Shown one piece after another: positions 19,841 to 29,317 of a stretch of DNA of 64,000 nt. Position 1 is the first letter of the stretch. The number at the start of each line of letters is the position of its first letter. The position numbers and the translations under genes are program-made. The notes under the pieces were generated by a model. It saw only the letters and a list, made by a program, of their open reading frames with translations, ran no database searches and had not been told where the DNA came from. Origin of the DNA: an uncultured Clostridia bacterium (GTDB lineage: Bacteria; Bacillota; Clostridia; Christensenellales; CAG-917); NCBI GenBank assembly GCA_949286725.1, contig CASECZ010000005.1:5648-69647 (forward strand), read 5' to 3'.

Positions 19841-21190
19841 ATGCTCAATCGCAAAGAAATAATCCAGACCATCAGCATGATAAAAGACCAGCATCTCGAC
19901 ATTCGCACCGTCACGATGCACGTCAGTCTTTTTGATTGCGTTTCCGAGGACGCCGACAGAACGGCGGAGAAGGTGCGCGCGAAGTTGCTCGACAAGGCGG
20001 GCAACCTCAAATCCGTTGCCGACAAAATTCAGGCGAAATACGGCATTCCCATCGTCAACAAACGTCTGTCCGTCAGTCCCGTCAGTCTCATCGGCGCGGC
20101 AAGCGGCGGCTATGTCAAAATCGCGCTGGCGATGGACGACGCCGCAAAGAAAACGGGCGTCGATTTCATCGGCGGTTATACCGCGCTCGTCCAGAAGTCG
20201 ATGACCCCGCAGGAAAAGGAGTTCATACGCACCATACCCGAAGTGCTCGCGTCCACCGACCGCGTGTGCGCCAGCGTCAACGTGGGTTCGACGCGTGCGG
20301 GCATAAATATGGACGCCGTCAGGCTGATGGGCGAGGTCGTCAAAGAGACCGCACGCCTGACCGCCGATGCCGACAGCATCGGTTGCGCGAAACTCGTCGT
20401 GTTCGCAAACGCCGTCGAGGACAACCCTTTTATGGCGGGTTCGTTCAACGGAGTTAGCGAGGGCGACTGCGTCATCAACGTGGGCATCTCGGGTCCCGGC
20501 GTCGTCAAAGCCGCGATAGAGCAGATACGCGGCGCAAGTTGCGACGTGTTGTCCGAAACCATAAAGGACACCGCCTTCAAAATCACCCGTATGGGCGAGT
20601 TGGTAGGCAGAGAAGCCGCGCGCGACCTCGGAGCCGAGTTCGGCATCGTCGACCTTTCTCTCGCTCCCACCCCGATACGCAACGACAGCGTGGGCGAGGT
20701 GTTGCGCGAAATGGGCCTCTCCGACGTCGGCGCTCACGGCACGACAGCGTGCCTTGCAATGCTCAACGACGCGGTCAAGAAGGGCGGCACGATGGCAAGT
20801 TCGCACGTGGGCGGACTGTCGGGTGCGTTCATTCCCGTCAGCGAGGACGTCGGCATGATTGAAGCGGTGCGCGCGGGTGCGCTGTCGCTCGACAAGCTCG
20901 AAGCCATGACGTCGGTTTGCAGCGTCGGTCTCGATATGATTGCAATCCCCGGCGACACGGACGCCACCACGATTTCGGCAATAATCGCCGACGAGGCGGC
21001 AATCGGCGTCATCAACGGCAAGACGACTGCCGTCAGGGTCATTCCCGTGTACGGCAAAAACGAGGGCGAAGTCAGCTTCGGAGGGTTGCTCGGCTATGCT
21101 CCGATAATGCAGGTCGGCAAGGGTCGCGCGGACGCGTTCATAAGCCGCGGCGGACGGATACCCGCACCGATACACAGTTACAAAAATTGA
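19841..21190 (+). CDS. UPF0210 (PFL-like, DUF711) family protein
   Basis: 449 aa. The N-terminus ([20 protein letters not shown]...[18 protein letters not shown]) is typical of UPF0210. Confidence 0.88.
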   Translation: MLNRKEIIQTISMIKDQHLDIRTVTMHVSLFDCVSEDADRTAEKVRAKLLDKAGNLKSVADKIQAKYGIPIVNKRLSVSPVSLIGAASGGYVKIALAMDDAAKKTGVDFIGGYTALVQKSMTPQEKEFIRTIPEVLASTDRVCASVNVGSTRAGINMDAVRLMGEVVKETARLTADADSIGCAKLVVFANAVEDNPFMAGSFNGVSEGDCVINVGISGPGVVKAAIEQIRGASCDVLSETIKDTAFKITRMGELVGREAARDLGAEFGIVDLSLAPTPIRNDSVGEVLREMGLSDVGAHGTTACLAMLNDAVKKGGTMASSHVGGLSGAFIPVSEDVGMIEAVRAGALSLDKLEAMTSVCSVGLDMIAIPGDTDATTISAIIADEAAIGVINGKTTAVRVIPVYGKNEGEVSFGGLLGYAPIMQVGKGRADAFISRGGRIPAPIHSYKN

Positions 21191-21258
21191 CAAAACAGCG
21201 GTTTATACCGCTGTTTTGCATATTATAAGTCCGCATTCGGACGTTCAAAGGGGGAAAT

Positions 21259-24195
21259 ATGGATGTTTTCGAGGATTTGAAACTGCTGCGCTGTCCCGTG
21301 GACACTTTGCGCATTTTTCACTTGAAAAAACAGGTTTACAAGACCGTAGGCAAACTGAAAGTCACCTGCGCGCCTTCCGACGAACCCGTGCCTTACGAGC
21401 AGCGCGAGCAGGGGCAGAAGCCCTTGCACCGCGGCGAAAAATGGGCGGGTATGTTCGGGTGCGCGTGGTTCCGTTTTACGGGTGACGTTCCGCCCGCCGT
21501 CCGCGGCAAGAAACTGTATGCCGTCCTCGACGTGTTCGGCGAAGGACTTGTCACGGGGGAAGGCAACGACGCACAACGCGGACTGTCGCACGTGTTCAAC
21601 ATCGGCGGCGTCGCGGAGTTCTTCAATCCTCCGATAGGCAAGACGGTATTCCCTTTGCCCGACGGTACCGACAAGGTGGACTTGTGGGTGGATTGCGGGT
21701 TCAACGGTCTTTTCGGCAAAGAGATTTTCAGCGGCAGACTTAAAAGGGCTGACCTCGCCGTGCGCGACGAGGCGGCGTATGCGTTCTATTTCGATTATCT
21801 CGCCGCGGCGTTTTTGAAAGTCGTGTATTCGGGCGAACGGAAGCGCAAACTGTCCGCGGCTATGGACAAGGCGTATTATGCGTACACGCGCGGCAAGTGC
21901 GATGTGGCGCGCAAAATCATAGCGGAGTTTCTTTCCGCGCCTTCCGACAGCGACCTCACCGTCACCGCGGTGGGGCACTCGCACCTCGACCTCGCGTGGC
22001 TGTGGCCTCTGCGCGAAACCAAGCGCAAAGCCGCACGCACGGTTGCCACGGCAACGGCAAACCTCGCAAGCTTTCCCGCATACGTTTACGGCGCGAGCCA
22101 GCCGCAGGAGTTCGCGTGGCTCAAAGAGAGATATCCCGCGCTTTACGACAGAGTGAAAAAGTATGTTGCCGAAGGGCGTTTCGAGTTGCAGGGCGGCATG
22201 TGGTGCGAATGCGACACCAACATCACGGGAGGCGAATCGCTCATACGTCAGTTCCTGTACGGCACGGAGTTCTGGAAAGAGGAGTTCGGCAAAGAGGTCA
22301 ACAACTGCTGGTTGCCCGACGTGTTCGGTTACACCGCCGCGCTTCCGCAGATTATCGCGGGGAGCGGACTGAAATATTTTATGACGCAGAAAATCAGCTG
22401 GAACGAACACAACGATTTCCCGCTGGAAACTTTTGTGTGGAAGGGGCTGTCCGGCGACGGAGTGCTGGTGCACCTGCTTCCCGCAAACACATACAACAGC
22501 TCGGGCGCGGCTCCCTCGCTTGCCGAACTTTACCGCAACCACAGAAAGAAGGACAAGATATCCGACGAGGCTCTTATGCTGTTCGGCGCGGGCGACGGCG
22601 GCGGCGGCCCCTGCGAAGCCAACATAGAACTGATTTCCCGTTATGCCGACACTGCGGGACTGCCCAGAATAAAGTTCGGACGTGCGGGGGATTTCTTCGA
22701 AAGGCTGGATGTCAATCGCGACAAATACCCCGTACACAAAGGCGAACTTTATCTCGAAAAACATCAGGGCACATACACCACGCAGAGCAACAACAAGAAG
22801 TTCAACCGCAAATGCGAGTACGCTTTGCACACCCTGGAAGCTTTGGGCGCGATTGCCGAACGCAAAGGGTACGCCTTCCCGCGCGACGAGGTCGCCGCGA
22901 TATGGAAGGAACTCATGCTTTATCAGTTCCACGACATACTGCCGGGCTCGGCAATCGGGCGCGTCTACAAGGAGACCGACGAGGCGTACGCGCGGCTGTC
23001 GAAGAGGATAGAGGAGCTCACGCAAAAGATGCTCGGATACCTTGCCGACGGCGCATCGCGCGACGTGTATTTCAATCCCGCGCCCTATCCGCGCAAAGAG
23101 TATTTCAAAAAGGACGGCAGGTGGTATTCCTACCGTGCGGAGGCTTATGCGTTCGGCACGGCGACGCCCCTCGAAGGCACGGTTGCCGAAGTTTCGGCAG
23201 AGGGCAACGTCATTGAAAACGACGTCTTGAAAGTCGTGTTCGCAAAGAACGGGCAGATAGCGTCGCTTGTGGATAAAAAGACGGGAAAAGAGTTTAACAG
23301 CGACTATTTGAACAGATTAAGTGTCTATAATGACAAAAAACTGATGTACAACGCGTGGGATATCGACATCAATTACACCAAGCGCAAGCCCTCTTGGTTC
23401 AGACCCGTTTCGACGCGCGCCTACGTCGACGGTGCGGCGGCGGTAATGGAGACGGAGTACGTCTTCGGCAAGTCGTCGTTGCGTCAGCGCGCCGTGCTCG
23501 CGGCGGGCAAGCCTTACGTGGAATTCGAGACGGAAGTCGATTGGCACGAGACCCACAAAATGCTGCGGGCGGAGTTCGTCCCCACCGTGTTTTCGGACAG
23601 GGTCAAATGCGACATTCAGTTCGGCAACATCGAGCGTTCCACACGCACGGACAACAAAATCGACTGGGCACAGTTCGAGGTGTGCGCGCACAAGTATGTC
23701 GACGTTTCCGACGGCGGTTTCGGTTGCGCCGTGATGTCGGACTGCAAGTACGGCTATCGCGTAAAGGACGGACTAATCAGCCTGAACCTTCTGCGTTCTC
23801 CCGTTTATCCGGACAAACAAGCAGACCGCGGCAAGCACGTTTTCAGATACGCTTTCTACCCCCACACGGGCGATTGCTTCGGAGCGGAAGTGCCCGAAAA
23901 GGCATATCTTTTCAACCTGCTTCCCGTGCGTGCGGACGGTTGTTCCCCTTGCGCTTCGGCAGTAAGTTCCGACGCACGCAACGTAATCGTGGAAACAATC
24001 AAACCCTCGCACGACGGCAAGGGTACGGTTGTGCGTTTGTACGAGAACGAGGGCAAGACAACGGACGCGGAAATAAAAACCGACTTCGCTTTCGGGAAAG
24101 TGTATGAAACAGACCTTATGGAACACAATCCGACCGAATGCGGTCTGCACCTGTCCTTCGCCCCGTACGAAATCAAAACGCTGTATTTCGTCTGA
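21259..24195 (+). CDS. Glycoside hydrolase family 38 alpha-mannosidase
   Basis: 978 aa. HSHLDLAWLWPLRETKRK metal-site motif and QFHDILPGS motif. Confidence 0.9.
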   Translation: MDVFEDLKLLRCPVDTLRIFHLKKQVYKTVGKLKVTCAPSDEPVPYEQREQGQKPLHRGEKWAGMFGCAWFRFTGDVPPAVRGKKLYAVLDVFGEGLVTGEGNDAQRGLSHVFNIGGVAEFFNPPIGKTVFPLPDGTDKVDLWVDCGFNGLFGKEIFSGRLKRADLAVRDEAAYAFYFDYLAAAFLKVVYSGERKRKLSAAMDKAYYAYTRGKCDVARKIIAEFLSAPSDSDLTVTAVGHSHLDLAWLWPLRETKRKAARTVATATANLASFPAYVYGASQPQEFAWLKERYPALYDRVKKYVAEGRFELQGGMWCECDTNITGGESLIRQFLYGTEFWKEEFGKEVNNCWLPDVFGYTAALPQIIAGSGLKYFMTQKISWNEHNDFPLETFVWKGLSGDGVLVHLLPANTYNSSGAAPSLAELYRNHRKKDKISDEALMLFGAGDGGGGPCEANIELISRYADTAGLPRIKFGRAGDFFERLDVNRDKYPVHKGELYLEKHQGTYTTQSNNKKFNRKCEYALHTLEALGAIAERKGYAFPRDEVAAIWKELMLYQFHDILPGSAIGRVYKETDEAYARLSKRIEELTQKMLGYLADGASRDVYFNPAPYPRKEYFKKDGRWYSYRAEAYAFGTATPLEGTVAEVSAEGNVIENDVLKVVFAKNGQIASLVDKKTGKEFNSDYLNRLSVYNDKKLMYNAWDIDINYTKRKPSWFRPVSTRAYVDGAAAVMETEYVFGKSSLRQRAVLAAGKPYVEFETEVDWHETHKMLRAEFVPTVFSDRVKCDIQFGNIERSTRTDNKIDWAQFEVCAHKYVDVSDGGFGCAVMSDCKYGYRVKDGLISLNLLRSPVYPDKQADRGKHVFRYAFYPHTGDCFGAEVPEKAYLFNLLPVRADGCSPCASAVSSDARNVIVETIKPSHDGKGTVVRLYENEGKTTDAEIKTDFAFGKVYETDLMEHNPTECGLHLSFAPYEIKTLYFV

Positions 24196-24265
24196 CAGCG
24201 CGTCCGCGCCTGCACAGACTGCACAAGACGATTGCAAAATTCTTCGGCTTGCTTCGGCGAGAAAT

Positions 24266-24296
24266 AAAAAGAGCGGAACGACGTTCCGCTCTTTTT
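24266..24296. terminator. Bidirectional intrinsic terminator between convergent genes
   Basis: AAAAAGAGCGGAAC-gac-GTTCCGCTCTTTTT. Confidence 0.7.
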
Positions 24297-24313
24297 CATG
24301 ACGGCGGGTGCCG

Positions 24314-26083
24314 TCAGTCTTTCTTGTCCTCGTCGACGACGTTGCTTTCGGTTGCGGTTTCGTCTTCGATTATCTCTTCGGTTGCCGTTTCGGTTTTATC
24401 CTCGGCGGGTGCGTTTTCCGCGGTGTCGTCCGTCACGGAAGGGGTCGTTTCGTCCTCGGAAAGAGCGGTGTTTTCAACTACGTCGTTCCCCACGTTTGCC
24501 TCGGCGGACTGCGCTTCCGCATTTGCGGCGGCTTCTGCGAGCAGCGCGTTTCTTCTCACGTCGTTTTCGGCGCGGATTTCAGCCAGTTTGGCGTCCGTGA
24601 TTTCGTACCTGTGCATAGGAATTGCCTGCAATATACAGCCGATTGCGGGTACGATGGTTATCAGTATGAACATCATCAGCGTGATGTCGGGGTATTCCGC
24701 CGCGAAATTCAGGTAGAATGTTTCGCCGCTGTCCGACGCCGCTTTGATTTGCGCGCTCAACTTGTCGATGACGGGGGTGTAACTCACGATGCCGAGCAGC
24801 AGGTTGGAGATTAGAATCGCTATGCCGGACGAAAGTTTGGAGTTGAACGTAAGTCCGCTGAAAAAGATACCGTCGTTTCGTCTGCCTTCTTTCCATTCTA
24901 TATAGTCCACGCTGTCGGCAATCATAACGGGTTGCAACGCCATGGTGAATCCGCTGAAAAATCCGTACAACGCAAGCATCAGTATCATAAGAGCCAGATA
25001 CCCCGGTTCGTGGAGAAGCGTCAGATTCCGGAAGGCGGCAAAGAACATCACGAGCATGGGAATCGCGCTGAGATACGACGTCCAGAGGTACAGCCGCTTT
25101 TTGGTGAATTTCTTGCCCATCGCTGGCGTAATGACCATCGACAACAGGTAGCCGACCATAAACGGCGCGCCGAGATAGACAATCCACCAGCCCTCGTTGC
25201 CGTCGCCCATAACCCATTTGCAGAAGTACATGCCTGCGGTCAGCAACAGGGTTTTCGTGCAACCGAGAATACCCGATATGAACACGCGCACAAACGGCGT
25301 GTTGGACTTTACGGTTTTGACGATGTCTTTGACTTTCGGCGACTGGGTGGTCGGCAAATCGACGCGTTCACGCACGAACGGGAACGTCACCTTGAACAAT
25401 ATCATTCCTATGACGACGATAATAAGCGTTGTGAATAGATAGCCTTGTTCTTGCGAAAAATATCCGCTGCTGTTGGCGAGCCCTTCGTTTGCGAATATGC
25501 CTAGGTCGATACTGCCGATAAAGTTTTTCATCGGAGCGTACAGCGCGGTCACGACTGCGCCGACGTTGCCAACGACGCGCGCCGCGGATATGAGCTTGGT
25601 GCGCTTGCCTTCGTCGGGCACCATACGTGAGGGCAGACTCCAGAGCGGAATGTCGCACAAAGTATAAATAGGCGACCATAGGAAATATATCATAACGAGA
25701 TACGTTATTTTCGCGCCCATAGGCCAGTCCGAAATCGGCATAAACAACAGAAGCGTTATGACCGCAACCGGAACGGGCATATATTTGAGATACGGTCGGC
25801 ACTTGCCCCAGCGTGATCGGGTGCGCTCCATTATGACGCCCATCACGGGGTCGTTGAGTGCGTCCCAAACACGGCAGGCGGTGAGAATGACACCGACGAC
25901 GGCAATGTCGATCATGACGACGTCGGTGTAGAATACCGACAACGCCGCGCCGATGATGTTGTAAATCATGTTCTGTCCGAGCATACCCACGAGGAAGGCT
26001 ACGCCTTCGCGTCGAGAGTAATCGCCCATCTGTTTTTCCGCCGTGGGAAAAGACCAGGTCAAAGCCCGTTTGATAAAGCCCAT
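24314..26083 (-). CDS. Glycoside-pentoside-hexuronide (GPH) family sugar:cation symporter with acidic C-terminal tail
   Basis: 589 aa. Contains VWDALNDPVMGVIMERTRSRWGKCRPYL, a GPH signature region, and 12 predicted TM segments. The last roughly 100 aa are Glu/Asp/Thr/Ala-rich. Confidence 0.85.
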   Translation of the reverse strand: MGFIKRALTWSFPTAEKQMGDYSRREGVAFLVGMLGQNMIYNIIGAALSVFYTDVVMIDIAVVGVILTACRVWDALNDPVMGVIMERTRSRWGKCRPYLKYMPVPVAVITLLLFMPISDWPMGAKITYLVMIYFLWSPIYTLCDIPLWSLPSRMVPDEGKRTKLISAARVVGNVGAVVTALYAPMKNFIGSIDLGIFANEGLANSSGYFSQEQGYLFTTLIIVVIGMILFKVTFPFVRERVDLPTTQSPKVKDIVKTVKSNTPFVRVFISGILGCTKTLLLTAGMYFCKWVMGDGNEGWWIVYLGAPFMVGYLLSMVITPAMGKKFTKKRLYLWTSYLSAIPMLVMFFAAFRNLTLLHEPGYLALMILMLALYGFFSGFTMALQPVMIADSVDYIEWKEGRRNDGIFFSGLTFNSKLSSGIAILISNLLLGIVSYTPVIDKLSAQIKAASDSGETFYLNFAAEYPDITLMMFILITIVPAIGCILQAIPMHRYEITDAKLAEIRAENDVRRNALLAEAAANAEAQSAEANVGNDVVENTALSEDETTPSVTDDTAENAPAEDKTETATEEIIEDETATESNVVDEDKKD

Positions 26084-26118
26084 GTTTTCCTCCCCTTATC
26101 TTTCAGTCGGTTGACCGA

Positions 26119-27192
26119 CTATTGTTTACTCGGCAGACATTCTATCGCGACGAGGTTGCCTTCGATTTCGAACTTGCCCTCCGCCGCATACGGTAAAAAG
26201 AAATAATCGCCCTTTTTCACTTCGCGTCGGTATCCGTCGCCCGTAACGGCTCCGTTGCCTTCCACCACAGCCCACACGCAGGGCGCGTACGACATAATGA
26301 CTTTTCCGCCCGAAAGAGTGTATCTTTTTTCGGCGAAGCAGGGCGTGTCGTCGTAACTTATCAGGCTCTCGATCAGAACTCCGTTGTCGCAAAACAGGGT
26401 TCTGGGTTGCATTTTGCACTCGTCAACCGCCTTTTTGCCGAATTTTTCGACGTCGAATACGCTCATCGCCACGTCGCGCGGCAACCCCAGATATTTTTCC
26501 TGTTCAGTCACGCGAGACTCTCCGCACCAGTTCTCGATCTGAATCGTGAAGTCGGTCGGTTCCTGAACTTCCAGTATTGTGCACCCTGCGCCTATCGCGT
26601 GTATAAGCCCCGCATTGATGAGGTACACGTCGCCGACTTCGGCTTTTACGGGAGTTATCAGTTCGGTGAGAATATCCCTCTCGTCCAGACTGCGGTCGGC
26701 GTATTCTTTGAGTGTGTCGAGGTCTATGCGGTCCTTGAAACCGAAATACAGTTTTGCGTTTTCGTCGCGCGTGGCAAGCACCAGCCAGGCTTCCGTCTTG
26801 CCGTAAGGACTGCCGAAGTTCTTTGCCGAAAACTCTTTCGTCGGGTGAACCTGGACGGGCAGACGTATAGCGCTGTCGAGATACTTGACCAGACAGTCGT
26901 ATTTCCTGCCGCCCAGCATTTTGTCCTTTTCGGCTTCGAGAAGGTCGTCGAGATATAATTCTCCTTCCTCCGTCACCGACACGCCGTCGCGCTCGCCGAA
27001 ATACACGGGATTGATAGCCTTTACTTTGCTTGCAATCCACTCCTCGGGGAAGTTGTTGTCGCCTTCGCCGCTTCCCGTGAGCCTGCGCAATCCGTCGCCG
27101 CCCACGTAGTTTCTGAATACGCGGTTGGGTTTGAAGAATACAGGCGCGCCGCAGTCGGGTGCGCCGGATATTTTCATCGCGTCATCTTTCAT
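26119..27192 (-). CDS. manA: Mannose-6-phosphate isomerase, class I
   Basis: QVHPTKEF and GKTEAWLVL zinc-site motifs. Start at MKDD with a GGAG RBS, overlapping the upstream fructokinase stop (ATGAAAGATGA). Confidence 0.8.
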   Translation of the reverse strand: MKDDAMKISGAPDCGAPVFFKPNRVFRNYVGGDGLRRLTGSGEGDNNFPEEWIASKVKAINPVYFGERDGVSVTEEGELYLDDLLEAEKDKMLGGRKYDCLVKYLDSAIRLPVQVHPTKEFSAKNFGSPYGKTEAWLVLATRDENAKLYFGFKDRIDLDTLKEYADRSLDERDILTELITPVKAEVGDVYLINAGLIHAIGAGCTILEVQEPTDFTIQIENWCGESRVTEQEKYLGLPRDVAMSVFDVEKFGKKAVDECKMQPRTLFCDNGVLIESLISYDDTPCFAEKRYTLSGGKVIMSYAPCVWAVVEGNGAVTGDGYRREVKKGDYFFLPYAAEGKFEIEGNLVAIECLPSKQ

Positions 27193-28126
27193 CGAAGTTC
27201 TCCGTCTCGGCAAGGGTGGGCATCGCCTCGGCACCGCCTTTCCTCGATATCACGAAAGCGCAGGCACGGGCGGCGAATTTCATCGCCTCGTCGATGTGGT
27301 TTATGTCGAGTGCGGCTTCGCCGCGCAGAAGTTTGTATATTATGCTGCCTATGAAACAGTCGCCCGCGCCCGTCGTGTCCACAACGGTTTTGCCCACGGC
27401 GGGATAGGTCAGCGACGTCAGCGAACGGTCGTAAACCGCCGAACCCTTTTCTCCTTTCGTGACAAAGACGAGTTTTGCGCGCGGGGCTTTGTCGAAGAGC
27501 GCGGCTACGCCCTGTACTTCGCAACAGCACCCCGTGACGAAACCCAGCTCGTCGTCGGTGACTTTCACAAAATCCACATACGGCAGAAAATCGTCTATCG
27601 CGGCGCGCAACCTGTCGGCGTCCTTCCAGAGATTGAGCCTTACGTTGACGTCGAAACTGACGAGAGTGCCGTGTTTCAAAGCGTATCCGAGCGCGCGTTC
27701 GTGCGCGTGTTTGGTGGGCGACTCCATCAGCGAGACGGAACAGAAATGCAGCACGTCGTCCTTTTCGAATATGCTTTCGTCCACCTCTTCGGGGTACAGG
27801 TTGGCATCTGCGGGATTGTCGCGGAAAAAGAAGAAGTCGCGGTCCCCGTTTTCGTACAGGTCGACCGCGGCAAGTCCCGTTTTGTATCGTCCGTCAACCA
27901 CCGTGTAAGCGGTGTTTACATTGTTTTTGCGAAGTTGGTCAAGCAGATATTTGCCGAAAACATCGTCGGAAAGTTTCCCGAGATAGTACGCCTCGCCGCC
28001 GAGTTTTGCCACCGCCGCGCATACGTTGGCGGGCGCTCCGCCTGCCTTCGCGGTGTAGGTCAACGATTTTGGTGCGGAAGGCAACAGGTCGATGATGCAA
28101 TCGCCCATACAAACGAGTTTGCTCAT
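27182..28126 (-). CDS. PfkB-family fructokinase / sugar kinase
   Basis: MSKLVCMGDCIIDLLP..., GGAPANV and DTTGAGDCF motifs. GAGGAG RBS before M17 of ORF 27182-28174. Confidence 0.85.
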   Translation of the reverse strand: MSKLVCMGDCIIDLLPSAPKSLTYTAKAGGAPANVCAAVAKLGGEAYYLGKLSDDVFGKYLLDQLRKNNVNTAYTVVDGRYKTGLAAVDLYENGDRDFFFFRDNPADANLYPEEVDESIFEKDDVLHFCSVSLMESPTKHAHERALGYALKHGTLVSFDVNVRLNLWKDADRLRAAIDDFLPYVDFVKVTDDELGFVTGCCCEVQGVAALFDKAPRAKLVFVTKGEKGSAVYDRSLTSLTYPAVGKTVVDTTGAGDCFIGSIIYKLLRGEAALDINHIDEAMKFAARACAFVISRKGGAEAMPTLAETENFDER

Positions 28127-28391
28127 AAATCTCCTCACACGCCGCGCGCATCGTACAACGCGCGCGCCGTACAAAATAACCCTTGAAAACAGTATATATC
28201 ATGAAAAAGTCCATTTCAAGCCGCAATTTTCGATTTTTCCCGTCGATATTCCCGCATTTGCTTGTGTCGGAGCACCATATGTGCTAACATAACCGCTGAA
28301 AACTGCCACCGGGTAGGTATGCCGAGCATACGTTGACGCGTCGTTAGGTCTTTGAAGACGCGCTCTGCGGTGCTTTTTTTATGGAGTACGA

Positions 28392-29114
28392 ATGAAAGCG
28401 TTGAAAACCGTCGTCAATTATTTCTCGAAATTCGAATTGCTTTTGTGGTGCGCTTCCGTCGTGCTCATCGTGGTGTCTTTCTGCGTTTTCGACAGGCAGA
28501 ATTACATAGCCTTTTCTGCCTCGCTTATCGGCGTTACGTCACTTATCCTTTGCGCGAAAGGCAACCCGCTCGGACAGGTGCTGATGGTCGTTTTCAGCGT
28601 TCTGTACGGCATTATTTCCTACAATTCGGCGTACTACGGCGAAATGATAACCTATCTCGGAATGAGCGCTCCGATGGCGATATTCGCACTTTTCGCATGG
28701 CTTCGCAACCCCTACAAAAATCGACGCTCCGAAGTCAGAGTCAACCGCCTCAAATGGCGCGAAATCGTCTTTGCGCTGTTGCTCACCGCAGGTGTCACGG
28801 TGGCGTTTTACTACATTCTGAGAGAACTCGGAACCGCAAACCTTCTCACCAGCACCGTTTCGGTCGCAACAAGCTTCTTTGCTGTGTATCTTACATTCAG
28901 ACGTTGCGCCTATTTTCCGCTTGCATATGCCGCCAACGACCTTGTGCTCATCGTCCTCTGGTCAATGGCAACCCACGGCGACAAATCGTATGTGTCGGTG
29001 ATAATATGTTTCGTCGTATTTCTTGTCAACGACCTGTATGGCTTTTTCAACTGGTTGCGCATGCAGAAACGCCAAAAAGAGCAGGACGCCGAACTCCCGC
29101 CCGAAAACGAATAA
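28392..29114 (+). CDS. pnuC: Nicotinamide riboside transporter PnuC family
   Basis: 240 aa, 7-8 TM segments. The ...LCAKGNPLGQVLMVVFSVLYGIISY... and C-terminal FFNWLRM regions are typical of PnuC. Confidence 0.8.
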   Translation: MKALKTVVNYFSKFELLLWCASVVLIVVSFCVFDRQNYIAFSASLIGVTSLILCAKGNPLGQVLMVVFSVLYGIISYNSAYYGEMITYLGMSAPMAIFALFAWLRNPYKNRRSEVRVNRLKWREIVFALLLTAGVTVAFYYILRELGTANLLTSTVSVATSFFAVYLTFRRCAYFPLAYAANDLVLIVLWSMATHGDKSYVSVIICFVVFLVNDLYGFFNWLRMQKRQKEQDAELPPENE

Positions 29115-29264
29115 AACTGGGTTTTGCTCATCTCAAATCAAGTAGAGCAGAGCGGTACGAATACAGATGTTTGCTTTTTGTCCGCTTTGTAGTGCCCGTG
29201 TTTTCGATTGTCGGATTATCAATAATCCACAAATCGTCACCATCTGCAGTAAACTTGTCAGGAA

Positions 29265-29317
29265 AAAGAAAAAGAGCACTTGACGTGCTCTTTTTCTGGT
29301 GACCCACCGGAGATTCG
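29265..29317 (-). repeat. Displaced copy of the tRNA-Lys(UUU) 3' end (C56 to CCA, 29297-29317) plus its terminator hairpin (29265-29296)
   Basis: 53/53 identical to 29468-29520. Confidence 0.9.

Noticed and set aside
28290-28391. NAD+ (pnuC-motif) riboswitch upstream of pnuC
   Set aside because: There is a CGCGTC/GACGCG hairpin and a T-run before the RBS. I cannot match the sequence to the pnuC-motif consensus from memory, so a cmscan is needed before making any call.
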